A stretch of 64,000 bases of DNA from Caulobacteraceae bacterium (GTDB lineage Bacteria > Pseudomonadota > Alphaproteobacteria > Caulobacterales > Caulobacteraceae). The position numbers and the translations under genes were made by a program. The notes under the pieces were generated by a model. That model had not been told where the DNA came from, did no database searches, and was given only the letters and a program-made list of their open reading frames with translations. The stretch lies in the NCBI GenBank assembly GCA_965284635.1, contig OZ260097.1:2566374-2630373 (forward strand). Reading direction: 5' to 3'. Shown piece by piece: positions 9,111-17,998 of this stretch (position 1 is its first letter; each line of letters opens with the position of its first letter).

Positions 9111-9138
9111 GATGCACGCTAAGGGTGGGAAGCGGACA
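9111..9138 (+). repeat. 28-bp island palindrome copy
   Basis: GATGCACGCTAAGGGTGGGAAGCGGACA; two possible half-copies lie between 9062 and 9106. Confidence 0.65.
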
Positions 9139-9261
9139 TGGCCGTCATCAACCCAATGTCGCTTCACTTCAAGCTCGCGCCTCCCTTACGCGCCCGTCGT
9201 TCACGAGCCAGTATGCCGCTAGTTGGAGATCAAACCGGGCTCGCTCGGTCAGGAGAGATTG

Positions 9262-10293
9262 ATGTCGGGTTTGGCATTTCTGGGCGCAGCAGCAGCGATT
9301 TTTTTGCTCTGGCACTTCCTGCCGCAGCGCCATAGCCGGCCGCCGCAGCCGAAGCCCAGATTCCGAAACGATTCAAGAGTGACGTCGGACCAGGAACAAT
9401 GGCAGGCGTTCGTCGAAGCACACTGCGAGTCACCAGCAGAAACAGCCTTTCTCCGCGCAATGATCAGCGCATTCGACATGAGGCCGCAGAACGGGTCACT
9501 GGTGGCTGACGGCGTGCGGCTCGACTTTCAAGTTGAGGAGGACCGCTATCGCGTGGACTTTTTGGTCAACACCTGGCTCGTCGTGGAGATCGACGGAGCA
9601 GCCTACCACTCGTCACCTGAGGCCGTAGCGCGGGACCAGAAGCGTGACCGCGTCTTTGAAACTCTGGGCTATACGGTGCTCCGCATCCCTGCCCGACTAG
9701 TGTTCAATCGACCGGCACTGGCAGTTGAGCAGGTTAAAATTGCCCTCAGCGTTGGGAAACGCGAGATCGTGCCGCCGGCGGCAATCGCAGAAACCAACGG
9801 GTTTTTTCGTCTTGGTCAGACCGTTTCGAGCTTCACGCAAGCGGTGCACAAGATAAATGATGGCGTGGGACGATCTCGCGCGATTGCAATTGCCCTCGCA
9901 CAGGCCGAGCGCTCCACAGCCATGGAGAGAACACTAGTAGACCAAGCGATCACCGCCGCGAGGCGGACCGTCGAGCTTGACGACTGGCTACGCGAGGACC
10001 CTCAACGAGCTGAGAGCTACCAAAAGAACCACGCGAAAATTAAGGCCCTCTTTGAGCCGGACCGGGATCGATCCGTCACCTTTGACCGCGTTCCGTTCCT
10101 GCCCCCGATTTTCACTGGAACGCCAGAAATTGATGTAGGTATCGAAGCAGGGTTCCAGAGACTCGTGGAGGAGAGAAGCCTCATACATCGGTCTGCCAAA
10201 CAGACCCTGGATCAAGATCCCCGACTGCGCCCCCTTGTTCACGAAATGCTCACTTCGTTCGGCTGGCAGGACGCTTGGGAGCGCATCCGCTAG
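9262..10293 (+). CDS. DUF559 / Vsr-like endonuclease-domain protein with N-terminal membrane anchor
   Basis: ESPAE...QVEEDRYRVDF...LVVEIDGAAYH...RDQKRD...GYTVLR motif; hydrophobic N-terminus; AGGAG RBS before ATG 9262; atypical codon usage. Confidence 0.8.
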   Translation: MSGLAFLGAAAAIFLLWHFLPQRHSRPPQPKPRFRNDSRVTSDQEQWQAFVEAHCESPAETAFLRAMISAFDMRPQNGSLVADGVRLDFQVEEDRYRVDFLVNTWLVVEIDGAAYHSSPEAVARDQKRDRVFETLGYTVLRIPARLVFNRPALAVEQVKIALSVGKREIVPPAAIAETNGFFRLGQTVSSFTQAVHKINDGVGRSRAIAIALAQAERSTAMERTLVDQAITAARRTVELDDWLREDPQRAESYQKNHAKIKALFEPDRDRSVTFDRVPFLPPIFTGTPEIDVGIEAGFQRLVEERSLIHRSAKQTLDQDPRLRPLVHEMLTSFGWQDAWERIR

Positions 10294-10311
10294 TGCTGCG
10301 GCGTTGGCCGC

Positions 10312-10339
10312 GATGTCCGCCAAGGGTCGAAACCGGTCT
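10312..10339 (+). repeat. 28-bp island palindrome copy
   Basis: GATGTCCGCCAAGGGTCGAAACCGGTCT; possible half-copy CCCAGGAGCGGACT at 10351-10364. Confidence 0.7.
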
Positions 10340-10508
10340 ATCGCGGCCCACCCAGGAGCGGACTCCGCGACGATCAGGACCGGATCACCAAGCGGTCTGA
10401 GATCGCGGGACGCGGCAGGCCGGCAATTTTTCCAGACTGAATTCCGTCGGCCGGGCCACCAGATGTCGTTTGGCGCGTTATCGCGACCTGTTCACTTGGA
10501 AACCGGCC

Positions 10509-11186
10509 ATGAAAATTCTCATCGTTCTGACATCGCATGACAAGCTCGGCGAGACCGGGAAGAAAACCGGCTTCTGGCTCGAAGAGCTCGCCGCCCCCTA
10601 TTACGTCTTCAAGGCAGCGGGCGCGGAGATCACCCTCGCTTCACCCCTGGGAGGACGCCCGCCGCTGGACCCCAAGAGCGACGCGGCCGACGCTCAGTCA
10701 GACGATACCCGCCGATTCAAGGCAGACGCCGAGGCCACGGCCGCCCTGGCGGCCACCCACAGGCTGTCGGAGATCTCCGTCGCGGACTTCGACGCCGTCT
10801 TCTATCCGGGTGGACATGGTCCGCTGTGGGACCTTGCCGAAGACCCGGTTTCAATCGGCTTGATCGAAGCGGCCATCACATCCGGCAAACCCGTCGCCGT
10901 CGTCTGCCATGCGCCAGGCGTGTTGCGTCACGTCAAGCGACCGGACGGGCAGGCGCTGGTCCGGGGCAAGGCCGTGACCGGCTTCGCCAATTCCGAGGAG
11001 GCGGCGGCGGGCCTGACCGACGTCGTGCCGTTCCTGGTGGAGGACATGCTCAAACAGAGCGGCGGGACCTATTCAAAGGGCGCCGACTGGAGCGTGCACG
11101 TGGTCACGGATGGTCTTCTGATCACCGGCCAGAATCCTGCGTCCTCCGGGCCCGCCGCGAAGGCTCTCCTCGAGGCGCTAGGCTGA
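10509..11186 (+). CDS. DJ-1/PfpI family type 1 glutamine amidotransferase-like protein
   Basis: MKILIVLTSHD...TGFWLEEL...FYPGGHGPLWDL...AVVCHAP...ITGQNPAS. Confidence 0.92.
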   Translation: MKILIVLTSHDKLGETGKKTGFWLEELAAPYYVFKAAGAEITLASPLGGRPPLDPKSDAADAQSDDTRRFKADAEATAALAATHRLSEISVADFDAVFYPGGHGPLWDLAEDPVSIGLIEAAITSGKPVAVVCHAPGVLRHVKRPDGQALVRGKAVTGFANSEEAAAGLTDVVPFLVEDMLKQSGGTYSKGADWSVHVVTDGLLITGQNPASSGPAAKALLEALG

Positions 11187-11200
11187 AATTCATGTCCAAA

Positions 11201-11228
11201 AAGGACCGCCCGGGGTCGCAAGCCGCCC
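11201..11228 (+). repeat. Degenerate 28-bp island palindrome copy at the island's right edge
   Basis: AAGGACCGCCCGGGGTCGCAAGCCGCCC aligns without gaps to the other copies. Confidence 0.45.
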
Positions 11229-11333
11229 CTGCGCGCCACGCGCGCGCAATGTGATCCCCTTCGCCAGGGCGGCTCACCGTGGCCGGCGCGCGGCGTGGCG
11301 AATTTCGACGATGATGACGGTCCGAGCCGTCTA

Positions 11334-11552
11334 CTACCTGGACCACGACGCTGGAGCGGGCCTGAAGTCGGGAGTTCCCCACGTGTCCAGCCACGCAGCG
11401 ACCTCTTCGTGAGGAATCAATCGGCCGGCCGCGATATCCGCTTCCGCTTCCGCGTCGGCGGCAGCCTCCGCCGACTCGTCGACCTCCTCGAAGAGGTCGA
11501 ACCCCGCCGCGGGCGTCTCTTCGAAGCCGGGTTTGTCTTCAGGCACGAGCAA
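11334..11552 (-). CDS. Small acidic antitoxin-like protein (ParD/CopG C-terminal type)
   Basis: ADAEAEADIAAGRLIPHEEVAAWLDTWGT resembles the toxin-binding tail of RelE/ParE-associated antitoxins; start could be GTG 11546. Confidence 0.65.
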   Translation of the reverse strand: MLVPEDKPGFEETPAAGFDLFEEVDESAEAAADAEAEADIAAGRLIPHEEVAAWLDTWGTPDFRPAPASWSR

Positions 11553-11588
11553 CCTTAACGCGCGGCGGGCGCGAAATCAACCGCGACA

Positions 11589-12455
11589 CTACTCCCGCGT
11601 GAGGTCCTGGCGCTGGAACAGCCAGACGGCGAGGGCGGTCAGGGCGGCGATCCAGGCGATCATCCCGACCAGCGCGACCGACCAGCTGATCTCAGGCGCG
11701 ACGCCCATCGCCGGCTGCGACAGGGCCGCTTTCAACAGGTCGGACTGCAGCACCGGGAAGCCGAGCAGGTATTGCAGCGGCGGGTCCAGCGGGTTCTCGA
11801 AGCCCTTCTGCAGCTGGCTGACGGCGAAGCCCTGGACGATCCAGACGCCGACGGGGACCAGCAGGGCGGCGAGGCCCGCGCGGGTCGCCACGGCGAGCAC
11901 CGCGGCCAGGGCCCCGAGCGCCATCATCTCGAGGAAGGCGATGCCGAACATGCCGGCCAGCTGGGCGTTGGTGTTGCCGTTCGCCGTCGACCAGGTGACG
12001 TCGCCGCCGGTCAGCAGGCCTGACAGCAGCCCGGCGACGATCCCGCCGAACGCCAGCAGCGCCAGGCCGATCACGGTGACGAGACCGAAGGTGGCGATCT
12101 TGCCCAGCAGCAGGTTGGCCCGCGTGTTGCGCGGGGTGAGGAACCGCCAGGTCTCCCAGCGATAGTCGCCGGCCAGGATGGCCGAGGCGGCGATCAGGAA
12201 GAAAAGCTGCACGACAAAGGAGCTGGAGCCGGAGACGGCCTCGACCGCCTGGTTGAGCAGCGAAACCGGCGCCTGCAGCAAGGCCGCCGCGGGATCGCCC
12301 GCCGCGATGGCCCGACCGATGGCTTTTCGCATCAGCAGGCCCTGAATCAGGCCGATAAGGATGCTGACCAGCGGCACGAAGCCCAGGCTCCAGAACACCG
12401 TCCCGCGCGCCTTGAAGAAGCGCAGCCGCTCGGCGGCGAAAGCGTCAGCGAGCAT
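11589..12455 (-). CDS. ABC-2 type transporter permease
   Basis: Six hydrophobic segments; AGDYRWETWRFLTPRNTRANLLLGK motif; overlaps the ATPase gene. Confidence 0.88.
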   Translation of the reverse strand: MLADAFAAERLRFFKARGTVFWSLGFVPLVSILIGLIQGLLMRKAIGRAIAAGDPAAALLQAPVSLLNQAVEAVSGSSSFVVQLFFLIAASAILAGDYRWETWRFLTPRNTRANLLLGKIATFGLVTVIGLALLAFGGIVAGLLSGLLTGGDVTWSTANGNTNAQLAGMFGIAFLEMMALGALAAVLAVATRAGLAALLVPVGVWIVQGFAVSQLQKGFENPLDPPLQYLLGFPVLQSDLLKAALSQPAMGVAPEISWSVALVGMIAWIAALTALAVWLFQRQDLTRE

Positions 12456-13330
12456 CCGCGTCTCCCGTGGAATCGAGGAACACCGTCTCGAGATCGCCGC
12501 CGATCCAGCGGGCCTCGGTGATGTCGACCTTCGCCTCGACCAGCGCCGCGATCAGCGCCGGTGCCTCGGCGCGGGGAATGGCGGCGAAGGCGGCGTCCGC
12601 CCCGTCGGCCACGCCCTTCGCGCCCAGCAACTCGAGCACCTTGTCCCGTGGCGAGGCCTGCAGCCGCAGCCGCTCGTTGACGGCGGTCATCTGGTCGACG
12701 CGGCCGTCCTTGACCAGCTTGCCGCGGTCGAGAATGGCCACCGAGTCACAGACCCGCTGCACCTCGTCGAGCTGGTGGCTGGCGAGGATGATGGTCACTC
12801 CGTCGCGGTCGGCCAGTTCGCGCATCAGGGCGCGCATCTCGAGGATGCCGGCCGGATCCATGCCGCTGGTCGGCTCGTCGAGGATCAGCACCTCGGGCCG
12901 GGTCAGCAGGGCGGCGGCCAGGGCCAGGCCGCGCGCGTGCCGAGGAACGTTGACGGCGGTCGGCGGCCTCGGTCAGGCCGACGCGCTGCAGCCAGCCGTC
13001 GATGTCCGGCGTCTTCAGACCCGATTCCAGCGCCAGCATCGTCAGGGTGTCGCGGGCGGTCAGCCAGGGCAGGAAGCGCGGCGTCTCGATCACCGCCCCG
13101 ATCCGCCGCAGCGCCTTGATGTCGCCGGCCGGCGCGCCGAGCAGGCGGGTCTCGCCGGTGGTCGGCCGCACCAGCCCCAGCACGATGCGGAACAGGGTGC
13201 TCTTGCCGGCGCCGTTGGGGCCGAGAATGCCGAAGATCCCGCCGCGCGGGATGTTCAGCGTCAGCCCGTCGAGGGCCTTGACCGTACCATAGGCCTTGCC
13301 GACGTCGACGGCCTCGAGGGCGAAGCTCAT
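12445..13330 (-). pseudogene. ABC transporter ATP-binding protein, frameshifted at the signature motif (possible sequence error)
   Basis: Walker A GPNGAGKST in one frame, Walker B ILDEPTSGMDP in another; signature region 12928-12955 appears ~8 nt short. Confidence 0.85.
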
Positions 13331-13446
13331 GGGGTCATCCGGTGGTCCGCTCCCGGTCATATACGGGTGATAGAGCGCGACTATGACGACCGCGCTTGAG
13401 TCCGCCAAGCGCGCGGGCGCAGATGACCATCTGTTGGAGTTTTATT

Positions 13447-14670
13447 GTGATCAGCCTTGCCCGCCGCCTTGGCCTCGCCCTCGTCGCGCTGCTTCTGTTG
13501 GGCGCCCCGGCGCTGGCCGCCGACCGGGCGCCGGTGCTGCTGATCTCCATCGACGGCTTCCGCGCCGAGTACGCCACGCGCGGCCTGACGCCGACGCTGG
13601 CGGCGCTGGCCGGGGAGGGGGCCTGGGCGCCCGACGGCATGCGGCCCTCGTTTCCGGTCAACACCTTCCCCAACCACTACAGCCTGGTCACCGGCCTGCG
13701 GCCCGACCACCACGGCATCACCGACAACACCCTGTTCGACGCCGCCCGGCCGGGGGTGAAGTTCAGCATGTATGCCCGCGACCAGGTGCAGGACCGGTTC
13801 TGGTGGGATGAGGCCGAGCCGGTCTGGGTCACGGCGGAGCAGCATGGCCTGCGGGCCTTCACCATGTATTGGCCGGGCTCGGAGGCGCCGGTCCACGGCG
13901 TCCGGCCCAGCCGGTGGTTCGTCTATGACGAAAAGGACCCGGCCTTCACCCGCGTCGACCGCGTGCTCGGCTGGCTGGACCTGCCTGCCGGCGAGCGGCC
14001 GGACTTCATGACCCTCTATTTCGAGGCGATCGACACCATCGGCCACCGCGTCAGTCCCGAGGGCGCCGATCTCAACCAGGCGCTGGGCGAGGTCGATGCC
14101 GCCCTGGCCCGGCTGGTCGCCGGGCTGAAGGCGAGGGGGCTCTACGACCGGGTCAATCTGATCATCGTCGCCGACCACGGCATGGCCGAGACCTCGCCGG
14201 ACAGGATCGTGTTCCTCGACGACCTCGTCCCGATCGGCGAGGTCACGACGGTGACCCTGGGCACGGTGTCGGGCCTGATCCCGCGCACCCCGGCGGCGGA
14301 GGCGGCGCTGGTCGGCAAGCACCCGCACGTCGAGTGCTGGCGCAAGGCGCAGTTGCCGGCCCGCTTCCACTACGGGACCCACAGGCGCATCCCGCAGGTC
14401 ATCTGCCTGCCGGAGACCGGCTGGCTGCTGAGCACGCGCGAGCGGGCCGCGAGCCGACCGATGACCGGCCCGGCCGGCTCGCACGGCTATGACCCCGACG
14501 CCGCCCAGATGCGCGCCCTGTTCGTCGCCCATGGTCCGGCCTTCCGCCCGGGCGTGCGGCTGCCGGTGTTTGACAATGTCTCGGTCTATCCGCTGATCAT
14601 GCGGCTGCTGGGGCTGAAACCCCGGCCCAATGATGGCCGCGCCAGGGACACAGCCCGCGCCCTGCGGTGA
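13447..14670 (+). CDS. Ectonucleotide pyrophosphatase/phosphodiesterase (alkaline phosphatase superfamily), secreted
   Basis: LLISIDGFR, TFPNHYSLVTG, IVADHGM, GSHGYDP motifs; signal peptide; GGAG before GTG 13447. Confidence 0.92.
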   Translation: MISLARRLGLALVALLLLGAPALAADRAPVLLISIDGFRAEYATRGLTPTLAALAGEGAWAPDGMRPSFPVNTFPNHYSLVTGLRPDHHGITDNTLFDAARPGVKFSMYARDQVQDRFWWDEAEPVWVTAEQHGLRAFTMYWPGSEAPVHGVRPSRWFVYDEKDPAFTRVDRVLGWLDLPAGERPDFMTLYFEAIDTIGHRVSPEGADLNQALGEVDAALARLVAGLKARGLYDRVNLIIVADHGMAETSPDRIVFLDDLVPIGEVTTVTLGTVSGLIPRTPAAEAALVGKHPHVECWRKAQLPARFHYGTHRRIPQVICLPETGWLLSTRERAASRPMTGPAGSHGYDPDAAQMRALFVAHGPAFRPGVRLPVFDNVSVYPLIMRLLGLKPRPNDGRARDTARALR

Positions 14671-14759
14671 GGGGACCGGCGCCGCGCCGGGGCCTGGGCG
14701 GCTTGACCTAATAGTTGCCGTATGCGTTAAATATTGCGCATTCCCTACTGGAGATCGCC

Positions 14760-15227
14760 ATGGCCGCCAAACGCGCCCTCTCGCCCGCCGTCGTCTATCG
14801 CGACCCGATGGCCGCGCTGAAATGGCTGGAAGAAGCCTTCGGATTCGAGACCACCCTGCTGATCGAGGACGAGGCCGGCAACCTGGCCCATTCGCAGATG
14901 GCTTATGGCGACAGCCTGGTGATGATCGGCAACGAATGGACCGATGAGCACCGCAGCCCGGCCTCGATCGACGGCCTGATGACCCAGACGGTGCATATCC
15001 AGCTGGCCGACGGCGAGGGGACGGTCGACGACCACTGCGAGCGCGCCCGCAAGGCCGGGGCGGTGATCATCGCCGAGCCGTCCACCCAGTTCTACGGAGA
15101 CCGCACCTATCGCTGCAAAGACCCGGAAGGCCATATCTGGACGGTGGCCCAGACGGTCGAGGTCAAGGGGCCGGAAGACTGGCACACCGCCGACATGGGC
15201 CTGAAGACCACGATCTACAAAGCCTGA
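14760..15227 (+). CDS. VOC / glyoxalase-bleomycin resistance family protein
   Basis: YRDPMAALKWLEEAFGF, HSQMAYGDSLVMIG, FYGDRTYRCKDPEGHIW; TTGACC at 14703 may be its -35. Confidence 0.9.
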   Translation: MAAKRALSPAVVYRDPMAALKWLEEAFGFETTLLIEDEAGNLAHSQMAYGDSLVMIGNEWTDEHRSPASIDGLMTQTVHIQLADGEGTVDDHCERARKAGAVIIAEPSTQFYGDRTYRCKDPEGHIWTVAQTVEVKGPEDWHTADMGLKTTIYKA

Positions 15228-15559
15228 TGCCGGCGTCCGCCCGCCTCGACGCGACCCTGGCCGCCCTGGCTGATCCGCACCGCCGCCGGGTGGTCGAGCT
15301 GCTGCGCGAGCGGCCGCGCCGGGCCGGGGAGCTGGCGTTGGCCGCCGGCCTGACGGCCCCCGCCATGAGCCGTCACCTGCGCACCCTGCGCCAGTCGGGC
15401 CTGGTCGAGGAGACCTCGCCGGACTTCGACGCCCGGGTGCGCGTCTATCAGCTGAGGCCCGAGCCCATGGTTCACCTGCTGCGCTGGCTGGAAGAGACCG
15501 AACGGCTGTGGAGCGCCCAGCTGGCGGCGTTCAAGGCCCATGTCGAGAAGCCCGACTGA
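15227..15559 (+). CDS. ArsR/SmtB-family transcriptional regulator
   Basis: ALADPHRRRVVELL...SRHLRTLRQSGLVE winged HTH. Confidence 0.92.
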   Translation: MPASARLDATLAALADPHRRRVVELLRERPRRAGELALAAGLTAPAMSRHLRTLRQSGLVEETSPDFDARVRVYQLRPEPMVHLLRWLEETERLWSAQLAAFKAHVEKPD

Positions 15560-16020
15560 TGGCCTCGCGGGTGCTGGTCTCGCTGCGGGTCCGGGCCAGC
15601 CCGGCGCGCGCGTTCGAGGCCTTTACGGCCGAGATCGGCCAGTGGTGGGCCCCCAACAGCCTGTTCGCCTTCACCCCGCGCGAGCCCGGCGTGCTGTCGT
15701 TCGATGGCCAGAACCGGCTGATCGAGACCCGCGCCGGCGGCAACGTGTTCGAGATCGGCCGGGTCAGCGTCTGGGAGCCCGGCGTGCGCCTCGTGGTCGG
15801 CTGGCGCCAGGCGACCTTCGCGCCGGACATGGCCACAGAGGTCGAGGTGACCTTCGAGCCGGTCGGCGAGGAGACCCGCGTCACCGTCACCCACACCGGC
15901 TGGGACAGCGTCCCGCAGGCCCATGCCGCCAAGCACGGCTTCCCGGAAACAGCCTTCCTGGCGCGCCACGGCGAATGGTGGCGGGCGCTGCTGGGGCGGT
16001 TGGGGGAGTATCTGGGATGA
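15559..16020 (+). CDS. SRPBCC (Aha1/START-like) domain protein
   Basis: PARAFEAFT...WEPG...TEVEVTFEPVGEETRVTVTHTGW; coupled to arsR. Confidence 0.88.
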   Translation: MASRVLVSLRVRASPARAFEAFTAEIGQWWAPNSLFAFTPREPGVLSFDGQNRLIETRAGGNVFEIGRVSVWEPGVRLVVGWRQATFAPDMATEVEVTFEPVGEETRVTVTHTGWDSVPQAHAAKHGFPETAFLARHGEWWRALLGRLGEYLG

Positions 16021-16023
16021 GGG

Positions 16024-16138
16024 GCGTGGTTCGAGACGCTCGCTTGAGGCTCGCTCCTCACCATGACGAACAGCTGTGCAGTCCAACCCTCGGCGTCATC
16101 CTGAGGAGCGGCGAAGCCGCGTCTCGAAAGACGCACGC
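16024..16138 (+). repeat. Palindromic intergenic repeat family A, copy 1
   Basis: GCGTGGTTCGAGACG...CTCCTCACCATGAC / GTCATCCTGAGGAG...CGTCTCGAAAGACGCAC; similar copies at 21877, 42994, 48383, 54843. Confidence 0.9.
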
Positions 16139-16153
16139 TGTCAGGGCAGGCCA

Positions 16154-16498
16154 ATGACCCCCGCCACCGTCCGCCTCCTCGCCCTCTCGCTCCCCGAGGC
16201 CGAGGAACACCCCCACTTCGACCGCGCCTCGTTCCGGGTGCGCGGCAAGATCTTCGCCACCCTGCCGCCGGTCGGGGACGACGGGGTGCACAAGGTCGTC
16301 CTCAAGCTGCCGGAACTGGTCAAGGAGAGCCTCCGGCAGACCGACGGCAGCGCCATCGTGTCACTGGGAAACTGGGACAAGGGCGGCTGGACGCAACTCG
16401 ACATCGGGCGCATGGACGGGGAGAAACTGGCCGATCTGGTGCGCCTCGCCTGGCGTCAGGTCGCGCCGAAGAGCCTGAGCGCTGGGGAGCGACCATGA
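16154..16498 (+). CDS. MmcQ/YjbR family protein
   Basis: ALSLPEAEEHPHFDRASFRVRGKIFATL...LVRLAWRQVAPK. Confidence 0.85.
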   Translation: MTPATVRLLALSLPEAEEHPHFDRASFRVRGKIFATLPPVGDDGVHKVVLKLPELVKESLRQTDGSAIVSLGNWDKGGWTQLDIGRMDGEKLADLVRLAWRQVAPKSLSAGERP

Positions 16499-17796
16499 CC
16501 GATCAACAGCAGGCCGGCGCGCCTCCGGGCCGCCGCGCGGCCTTCGGCTTCATTTTCGCCCTGGCGATCCTCAACAGCATCTCGTTCGGGATCATGATCC
16601 CGATCCTGCCGAACCTGATCAAGCAGTTCACCGGCGGTGACACGGCCACCGCCTCCGAATGGAACGTGGTCTTCGCGGTCACCTGGGGGGTGATGCAGTT
16701 CATCATCGGCCCGATCCTCGGCATGCTGTCGGACCGCTACGGCCGCCGGCCGGTGCTGCTGCTGTCGCTGCTGGGCCTGGGCGTCGACTTCCTGTTCATG
16801 GCGCTCGCCCCGAGCCTGGGCTGGCTGCTGGTCGGCCGGGTGCTCAACGGCATGACGGCGGCCAGCTTCTCCACCGCCAACGCCTATGTCGCCGATATCA
16901 CCCCGCCACAGGACCGGGCCCGGACCTTCGGCATCATGGGCTCGGCCTTCAGCTTCGGCTTCCTGATCGGTCCGGCGCTCGGCGGCTTCCTCGGCGACCT
17001 GAGCATGAAGATGCCGGACCTCGTCATCGCCGGCTTCACGTTCAGCATGCACCTGCGCCTGCCGTTCCTCGTCGCCGCCGGCCTGACCCTGGTCAATTTC
17101 GTCTACGGCCTGCTGGTCCTGCCCGAGTCCCTGCCGGTCGAGCGCCGCGCGCAGCGGTTCGACTGGAAGAAGGCCAATCCGGTCGGCTCGCTGAAGCTGC
17201 TGCGGTCGCATGTCGACCTGCTGGGCCTGGCGACCGTCGGCTTCCTGTTCCAGCTGGCCCACACGGTCCTGCCGTCGATCTTCGTGCTCTACACGGGCTA
17301 CCGCTATCATTGGGCCCCGTCGAAGATGGGCCTGACCATGGCCCTGACCGGCATCCTGGGCATCATCGTCCAGATCCTGCTGGTCGGCCCGGTGGTCAAA
17401 CGGATCGGCGAGAAGGGCGCGCTGCTGGTCGGCGCGATGTTCGGCTTCCTCGGTTTCGCCATCTACGGCGCGGCGCCCACCGGGGCGCTCTATCTCGTCG
17501 GCACGCCGGTGTTCGCCCTGATGGGCTTCCTCCAGCCCGGCCTCATGGGCCTGATGAGCCGCCGCGTGGCGCAGGGCGAGCAGGGCCAGCTGCAGGGCGC
17601 CAACCAGAGCCTGCAGGGCATCGCCTCGATGGTCGGCCCGGCCATCTTCGGCCTGACCTTCGCCTGGACGGTGCATCACGAGGCCACGCTGCACCAGCCC
17701 GGCCTGCCGATCTTCCTCGCCGCCGGCCTGATGCTGGCCGCCTTCCTGATCGGCCTGACCGTGGCGAGGCCGGCGAAACCCGCCGAGGCGGTCTGA
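16495..17796 (+). CDS. TCR/Tet-family MFS transporter
   Basis: [14 protein letters not shown] motif [11 protein letters not shown] motif C, ~12 TM helices. Confidence 0.93.
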   Translation: MTDQQQAGAPPGRRAAFGFIFALAILNSISFGIMIPILPNLIKQFTGGDTATASEWNVVFAVTWGVMQFIIGPILGMLSDRYGRRPVLLLSLLGLGVDFLFMALAPSLGWLLVGRVLNGMTAASFSTANAYVADITPPQDRARTFGIMGSAFSFGFLIGPALGGFLGDLSMKMPDLVIAGFTFSMHLRLPFLVAAGLTLVNFVYGLLVLPESLPVERRAQRFDWKKANPVGSLKLLRSHVDLLGLATVGFLFQLAHTVLPSIFVLYTGYRYHWAPSKMGLTMALTGILGIIVQILLVGPVVKRIGEKGALLVGAMFGFLGFAIYGAAPTGALYLVGTPVFALMGFLQPGLMGLMSRRVAQGEQGQLQGANQSLQGIASMVGPAIFGLTFAWTVHHEATLHQPGLPIFLAAGLMLAAFLIGLTVARPAKPAEAV

Positions 17797-17803
17797 TCGA
17801 AGG

Positions 17804-17921
17804 ATCCTCCCCTCTGGGGGAGGTGGCTCGCCGCAGGCGAGACGGAGGGGGTCCTGGCCCCGCGGCGAGACGCCCCCCTCAGTCAGCCCTGCCGGCTGAC
17901 AGCTCCTCCAGGGGGAGCATC
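17804..17921 (+). repeat. Palindromic intergenic repeat family C (CIR-like), copy 1
   Basis: CCTCCCC-n-GGGGGAGGTGG...GGAGGGGG / CCCCTCAGTCA...TGACAGCTCC...GGGGAGC; copies at 19421 and 46348. Confidence 0.85.
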
Positions 17922-17998
17922 CACAACGCGTCACGCCATCATTGCGCCCGAAATCTTCGCTGTTCTGCGGCCGGGGCACCCCTGACCTGAAAGACCAC

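Noticed and set aside
7222-11228. Island palindromes as CRISPR repeats or canonical attC sites
   Set aside because: Spacing is irregular (84 bp to 1.8 kb) with whole genes between copies, no cas genes are present, and the RYYYAAC...GTTRRRY core is absent.
3551-11330. Integrase or transposase for the island
   Set aside because: No ORF with tyrosine/serine recombinase, DDE or HUH motifs was found, so the island is not called a mobile element.
11190-11333. Toxin gene downstream of the antitoxin-like ORF
   Set aside because: Manual translation of the three minus-strand frames gave no RelE/ParE-like sequence.
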